64,000 bases of DNA, from positions 64,001 through 128,000 of IMG/VR virus record IMGVR_UViG_3300028805_000037. The stretch is one strand, 5' to 3'. A program made the position numbers and the translations under genes. The stretch comes from a virus (lineage: Duplodnaviria > Caudoviricetes). Below the pieces are notes generated by a model. It ran no database searches. It was not told where the DNA came from and saw only the letters and a program-made list of their open reading frames with translations. Below are positions 59,526 to 64,000 of the stretch, piece by piece. Each line of letters opens with the position of its first letter. The first letter of the stretch is position 1.

Positions 59526-60214
59526 TATTCGTTTTCCTTTATTATTTTTTCATCATTCATTGACTCTTCTTGTGCTACTTCCATATTTAAACTACTTGAT
59601 TCATTCATTAAAGCTTGTTTAAATAGTCTACTAAATTGTTCATACCTATCTGGACAAATTTGTAAAACAATATTAGAAACGGTTTGTAACAGAAACTTTG
59701 TTTCTTTTTTTACAAGCTCATCAAGTTTAGCTTGCTGTGAAGCTAAATCTGCTGTAAGCTGTACAATTGTCTTAACATAATTTCTCGCTTCAGATATATA
59801 AGCAAGTATTTGTTTTTCAACCATCATATCAGGAACTCTATTACTTGCTTGCTGATGTTCTAATGCAGATTCTCTTAATAAACACTTACCCATTAAACCT
59901 TGTAATACTTTTACATTACTATAATTAAGCTCTTGTCTACCTTTAATTTGTGTAAGTAATCTATCAAGCTCTGTCAATCCTTCATTAAACTCTCTGCTAA
60001 TTTCTGTTTTATTTGTCTGTAAAGTAATTGCAGTATTTTTTGATTGATACTGTTTTCTATATAAAGATATTGCGTCTAACGATGGTACTGTTACCACGTT
60101 ACTGTAATTATCTTTTATAAATTGTTGTATAACACGTACAGATGCTCCACTATCAATCTTTTGATTAAGTGCTTCTAAAACATCTGCAGGGTATTGAAAT
60201 ATATGTGAAGCCAT
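59525..60214 (-). CDS. Putative terminase small subunit
   Basis: Coupled upstream of terL; HTH-like N-terminus followed by helices. Confidence 0.5.
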   Translation of the reverse strand: MASHIFQYPADVLEALNQKIDSGASVRVIQQFIKDNYSNVVTVPSLDAISLYRKQYQSKNTAITLQTNKTEISREFNEGLTELDRLLTQIKGRQELNYSNVKVLQGLMGKCLLRESALEHQQASNRVPDMMVEKQILAYISEARNYVKTIVQLTADLASQQAKLDELVKKETKFLLQTVSNIVLQICPDRYEQFSRLFKQALMNESSSLNMEVAQEESMNDEKIIKENE

Positions 60215-60217
60215 AAA

Positions 60218-61009
60218 TTAAAAATTTCCTCCAATAATTCCTGGATGTCCTTTTCCTCTTGTTTTAAATTGTTGTTTAGCGTCTTTAACACAATAGTTTA
60301 AACGTTGTAAGAAATCATTATCACTATACTTTTTTAAAAACAAATTAATTTTATCAACAAATTCAGATTTTTTTTCATCAGTAATGTCTGAATATGGAGT
60401 ACTTAAAAAATAATTATATAGTTTTCTTATATCAAAAGCATCGTTTAAAAATTCGTTAGGATCAACTAAAAGTTCTTCAATAAATGCAATCATAGCAGTT
60501 GGACTTTGTCTATAAATTTGTATAAAATTTGTTAAAAAAGTTGAAAACGTATATAAGTCATTTAAATCAGGATTGATTGAATCTATAAAACTATTAATAT
60601 TCCCTGAATTTCTAATCATTTGTACAAGAGCTGTAGCTATTTCAGATTTTAATAAACTTAAATTGTTATATTCATCAAGCGCACCTTGTGGAATTTTTTC
60701 AATAATCGTATCTGTAACTATATTAATTGCATTTAATAAGTCCTGTGTATCGATAGGATTCTTATAAATTTCTATTAAATCTTCAATAGAATCTTTCACT
60801 TCAGTATCTTTAGTTAATAACTCTTTATAAAAATCAACCCACTTAAATCTAGATTGAAATTCTTTTTGTTCCTTTTCTTCTAATTCTTTTTCAATATTTG
60901 TTTCATCTTTAGCCTGTTCTTCTGAAATCTCTGTTAATGATTTTGTCTCACCAAAAGAATCATCACTTCCTGAGCTAAAAATTTTTTTGAATTTATCAAA
61001 TATAGACAT
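60218..61009 (-). CDS. Hypothetical protein
   Basis: First gene after conserved element copy 8. Confidence 0.55.
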   Translation of the reverse strand: MSIFDKFKKIFSSGSDDSFGETKSLTEISEEQAKDETNIEKELEEKEQKEFQSRFKWVDFYKELLTKDTEVKDSIEDLIEIYKNPIDTQDLLNAINIVTDTIIEKIPQGALDEYNNLSLLKSEIATALVQMIRNSGNINSFIDSINPDLNDLYTFSTFLTNFIQIYRQSPTAMIAFIEELLVDPNEFLNDAFDIRKLYNYFLSTPYSDITDEKKSEFVDKINLFLKKYSDNDFLQRLNYCVKDAKQQFKTRGKGHPGIIGGNF

Positions 61010-61052
61010 AAAATACTCTCCTTATATTAAAAACTATCTTAAAAACTGTAAT

Positions 61053-61071
61053 TATGATAGTTTTGTCAAGG
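61053..61071 (-). promoter_or_regulatory. Conserved upstream element, copy 8 (CCTTGACA-AAAC-TATCATA)
   Basis: Exact consensus; marks the start of the morphogenesis region. Confidence 0.75.
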
Positions 61072-61076
61072 GGAAA

Positions 61077-61568
61077 TTATATTTCAATGCCTAATAACTT
61101 TTTATATTGATTTTTGAATAAAATTGATTCTTGGTCAGTTTGCTTTGATATTTTATGATAAAAACTAGACACACAACAATGGACTGCCTGTCTACTTACA
61201 CCTAATAACTTTGCAATTTGACTATATGATTTCCTTTGAATTATATATGATAACACTAACTTTTGATGTTCATTAGTATATTTATCTATATAATTTAAAA
61301 TATTTATTAGTAAATATCTATTTCTATCTAGATCTGTCATATATTTTTTTATTTTCATTTGTACTTTCTGAAGCTCTCTACATATAAAACTTTGCTCCAT
61401 ATCATATAATATACCTAATTGTGTTTGATTTTTTTGAGAAGTTCTGTTATCTATTAAATGTTTATACCATGTAAATGTTTTTTTATCAAAGTAAAATAAA
61501 AACATTACTTCAAGTATATCAGAACTATTAGAAATATTCTCAACAGCTTGTTTGAACTCAGAAAACAT
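61077..61568 (-). CDS. Sigma70 region-4-like double HTH protein
   Basis: TQLGILYDMEQSFI.R and KSYSQIAKLLGVSRQAV helix-turn-helix motifs. Confidence 0.65.
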   Translation of the reverse strand: MFSEFKQAVENISNSSDILEVMFLFYFDKKTFTWYKHLIDNRTSQKNQTQLGILYDMEQSFICRELQKVQMKIKKYMTDLDRNRYLLINILNYIDKYTNEHQKLVLSYIIQRKSYSQIAKLLGVSRQAVHCCVSSFYHKISKQTDQESILFKNQYKKLLGIEI

Positions 61569-61577
61569 AAGCTCTCC

Positions 61578-62138
61578 TTACTCATCAATGTTTTGAATAT
61601 CTAATATACTTGTTTTAATTTGGATTGTGTTTTGCCCCATATCAACTTCTAATGATACACGAGTACCGCTGACATCTACTACTTTAGCATTTAACCCATA
61701 GAAAGCACCAGAATTTATACGGACAGTTGCTCCTTGTTGAAATACTACTTCTTTCTTTTTAGCATTATACTTATAAGCAACTTCTAAAGCTTGCTTAACT
61801 TCATGCTCAAAAACCATACCTTTTAAAATTTGAGCACCATAAATATAATTAATTCTACTTTCTATTTCTTTTATATTTGTACTTTGTGGTCTAATTGCTA
61901 TAAAGCCATATGTAAAATAGTTTGGTTTATCAATTGTTATTATTTGATTACTTCTTTCTTGCAAACGCTTCTTCTCTAAATGTGTTGGAAGCCACAAAAA
62001 ATTATCATTATCATATGCCTTCAATAAAGTGTTTATTTGACTTAACTTAACAAACGAATAAAAGTTTATAATATACCAACGATAATCTGAAACAGTTACT
62101 TGAGGGATTCTTTTAAATACTTCTGCGATAGTCCACAT
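61578..62138 (-). CDS. NusG/RfaH-like transcription factor (NGN + KOW)
   Basis: WYII...WLPT...P.YF.YGFI; KOW FQQGATVRINSGAFYGLNAKV.DV...RV.LEV. Confidence 0.75.
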   Translation of the reverse strand: MWTIAEVFKRIPQVTVSDYRWYIINFYSFVKLSQINTLLKAYDNDNFLWLPTHLEKKRLQERSNQIITIDKPNYFTYGFIAIRPQSTNIKEIESRINYIYGAQILKGMVFEHEVKQALEVAYKYNAKKKEVVFQQGATVRINSGAFYGLNAKVVDVSGTRVSLEVDMGQNTIQIKTSILDIQNIDE

Positions 62139-62785
62139 TTTTGTACAAACTCCTCTTTATTATTTTTTGCTAAAAATTCATCAATATCGACATTTGATTG
62201 TAACTGTAAAATTTCTGTATTACCACCAAAACTATTTATAGTTTTAGCAACTCTTTCACTACCTTCCATTCCAGCTTTATCTGGATCTAAAAGTATTTTA
62301 AAATTCTTTGTAAATCTCATTAGATAAGATACTTGTATATCTTTAATTGAACACCCACATAATGCAACAACATTTTTTATACCTACTTTATTTAAAGCAA
62401 TTACTTCCCAATAACCTTCAACAAGAATAACCTCATCCATTTCAATTATTGAGCTATAAGCTAAATTTAAACCAAATAATAATAAAGACTTTTTAAATCC
62501 TTTAACACCAATAAATTTTTGTTTTGCGTTTGGAGATAAATGTCTTGCTGCAAACGAAACAATATTATTATATAAATCAAAAATAGGTATAAGTATACAG
62601 TTATCATATATACTTATATCTATTTTTTCTTCAAATAATTTATGCATAAACTGACAAAGCTTTTCAAATGTAGGTGAATTATTTACACCATATAATTGAT
62701 TATTATAAAAATAACCTAAACCAAATAAGGCTATTTGTGTATCATCTATATTTCTTTGGTGTAAATAATTCATCCCATAAGTCAT
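62096..62785 (-). CDS. DnaG-like primase catalytic core (TOPRIM) lacking the Zn-binding domain
   Basis: YL..R.I......FGLGY, IPIFD....IV.F.AR, LFGLN, LVEGY, VALCG, LDPD.AG, DIDE. Confidence 0.85.
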   Translation of the reverse strand: MTYGMNYLHQRNIDDTQIALFGLGYFYNNQLYGVNNSPTFEKLCQFMHKLFEEKIDISIYDNCILIPIFDLYNNIVSFAARHLSPNAKQKFIGVKGFKKSLLLFGLNLAYSSIIEMDEVILVEGYWEVIALNKVGIKNVVALCGCSIKDIQVSYLMRFTKNFKILLDPDKAGMEGSERVAKTINSFGGNTEILQLQSNVDIDEFLAKNNKEEFVQKCGLSQKYLKESLK

Positions 62786-63999
62786 TATACTGTAACCTCT
62801 TTCTGTTCAACTAATGGAACTTCATCTACCATAACTGCTTCAGTTGTTAATATCAATCCTGCGATTGATATTGCATTATTTACAACAGACTTTGTAACTT
62901 TAACTGGATCAATTACACCTTTCTCATATAAATCACATAATGTATCTGTCTTTGCATTATATCCATAATTTTCATTTTTATCTTCTATTATATCATTTAT
63001 TGTAGACTCTAAAATAACACCTGCGTTCATTAATATTTGTTTCATTGGTGCTTCTAATGCTTCAGCTACAATTTTAAACCCTGGTAAATTTGCATCACTA
63101 TGTTTCTTAAGTTCTTGAGCTGCATTAAATAGCACCTTACCACCACCAACTACAACACCTTCAGAAATAGCTGCTCTTGTAGCATTAACTGCGTCTTCAA
63201 TTTTGTATCTCTTTGCAGTTAACTCTGACTCTGTTGGAGCACCTATATAAATAATACCTACACCATTAGATAACTGAGCAAGTTGCTCTTTCAATCTACT
63301 TTTATCAAATGTTGAATTGGAGTCTTCTAATTGTGCCTTTAACTGTTTAATCCTCAAATCAATTGCTTCTCTTCTACTTTCATCTGCAGTAATAGTAGTA
63401 ACATATTTTGTAGAAACTAATTTTTTTACTTTACCTAAATCTGCCTTTGTTACTTGTGATAATGGAATGTTTAAATCATCTGATATAAACTTTGCTCCTG
63501 TAACTACAGCTAAATTCTCTAAGATATCTTTTTTCTTTGAACCGTAGCCTGGTGCTTTTAAATAAATTACATCTAGCCCTAATTTACTTCTATTTTGTAT
63601 TAATTGACCTAATGATATAGGAGTTATATCATCTGCAATAATAACTAACTTTTCTCTCTTTTGTAATACTTCATTTAAAATGTCTTTTAAATCTACAAGA
63701 TTATTTAATTTAAGATTTGTTATTAATATATATGCATCTTCAAAAACAGATGTCATTGTTTCTGCATCATTTATAAAATATTGTGAAGATGAGCCCCAAC
63801 CTCTATCAAACTGTACTCCATCAACTTTATCTAAATAAGTTTCATAAGAACTTTTATTTGCTTCTAATGTTAACGTTCCGTCTTTACCAACTTGCTTTAC
63901 AGCATTTGCTACAAACTTACCAATCTCTTCATCTGAAGCAGATATTGTAGCAACCTTTTCTATGTCATCATCTTTTAATTCTTTTGTATGTTTTGTTAA
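62785..63999 (-). CDS. groEL: Phage-encoded GroEL-like chaperonin (5' end outside window)
   Basis: VATISA, G.QFDRGW, KAPGYG, IEDAVNATRAAISEGVVVGGG, GVIDP.KV; frame continues upstream of the ORF-track start to the window edge. Confidence 0.92.
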   Translation of the reverse strand, partial: LTKHTKELKDDDIEKVATISASDEEIGKFVANAVKQVGKDGTLTLEANKSSYETYLDKVDGVQFDRGWGSSSQYFINDAETMTSVFEDAYILITNLKLNNLVDLKDILNEVLQKREKLVIIADDITPISLGQLIQNRSKLGLDVIYLKAPGYGSKKKDILENLAVVTGAKFISDDLNIPLSQVTKADLGKVKKLVSTKYVTTITADESRREAIDLRIKQLKAQLEDSNSTFDKSRLKEQLAQLSNGVGIIYIGAPTESELTAKRYKIEDAVNATRAAISEGVVVGGGKVLFNAAQELKKHSDANLPGFKIVAEALEAPMKQILMNAGVILESTINDIIEDKNENYGYNAKTDTLCDLYEKGVIDPVKVTKSVVNNAISIAGLILTTEAVMVDEVPLVEQKEVTV

Positions 64000-64000
64000 A

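Noticed and set aside
1764-63547. All plus-strand ORFs in the track (e.g. 47066-47752, 46316-46789, 41115-41558)
   Set aside because: Antisense shadows of strongly biased minus-strand genes; Ser/Phe/Leu-rich, with no recognisable motifs.
1-64000. Alternative genetic code (TAG/TGA recoding)
   Set aside because: Genes are full-length and tightly packed under code 11; TAG and TGA act as stops at gene junctions.
1-64000. tRNA or rRNA genes
   Set aside because: None recognised; intergenic spaces are short and mostly explained by other features.

Overview
AT-rich (visually below about 30% GC) segment of a large myovirus-like (probably jumbo) phage. Essentially all real genes are on the minus strand and the standard genetic code fits. 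In transcription order (high to low coordinates) it contains: a partial GroEL-like chaperonin, a DnaG-type primase core, a NusG/KOW protein and a sigma-region-4/HTH protein; then a virion morphogenesis region with terminase (large subunit carries an HNH intein), portal, prohead protease, scaffold, head decoration, major capsid protein, M15A endolysin and holin-like gene, neck proteins, many large unknown (probably head-internal) proteins, tail terminator, sheath, three tube paralogs, a tail chaperone with a -1 frameshift, a short tape measure, a hub fused to a DUF5675-like peptidase, spike, gp25-like, baseplate J, tail fibre and a partial wedge protein. The region carries many selfish nucleases: three intact and one decayed Zn-ribbon + 23-aa-repeat + Vsr/EDxHD-like nucleases, a GIY-YIG, an intein HNH and an IscB with omega/HEARO RNA. 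Most notable are (i) a covarying structured RNA leader (three-way junction, pseudoknot, SD-containing hairpin) in front of two of the repeat-array nucleases, (ii) eight copies of a pseudo-palindromic CCTTGACA-N4-(T/A)ATCATA upstream element, probably the late promoter/activator site, (iii) a nuclease + methyltransferase cassette with its own sigma70 promoters, and (iv) shared N-terminal M(S/T)(R/G)W(L/F) tags and recurrent [K/R]-x-[A/S] motifs in head-region proteins. All assignments come from motifs and synteny read by eye; no database searches were run.
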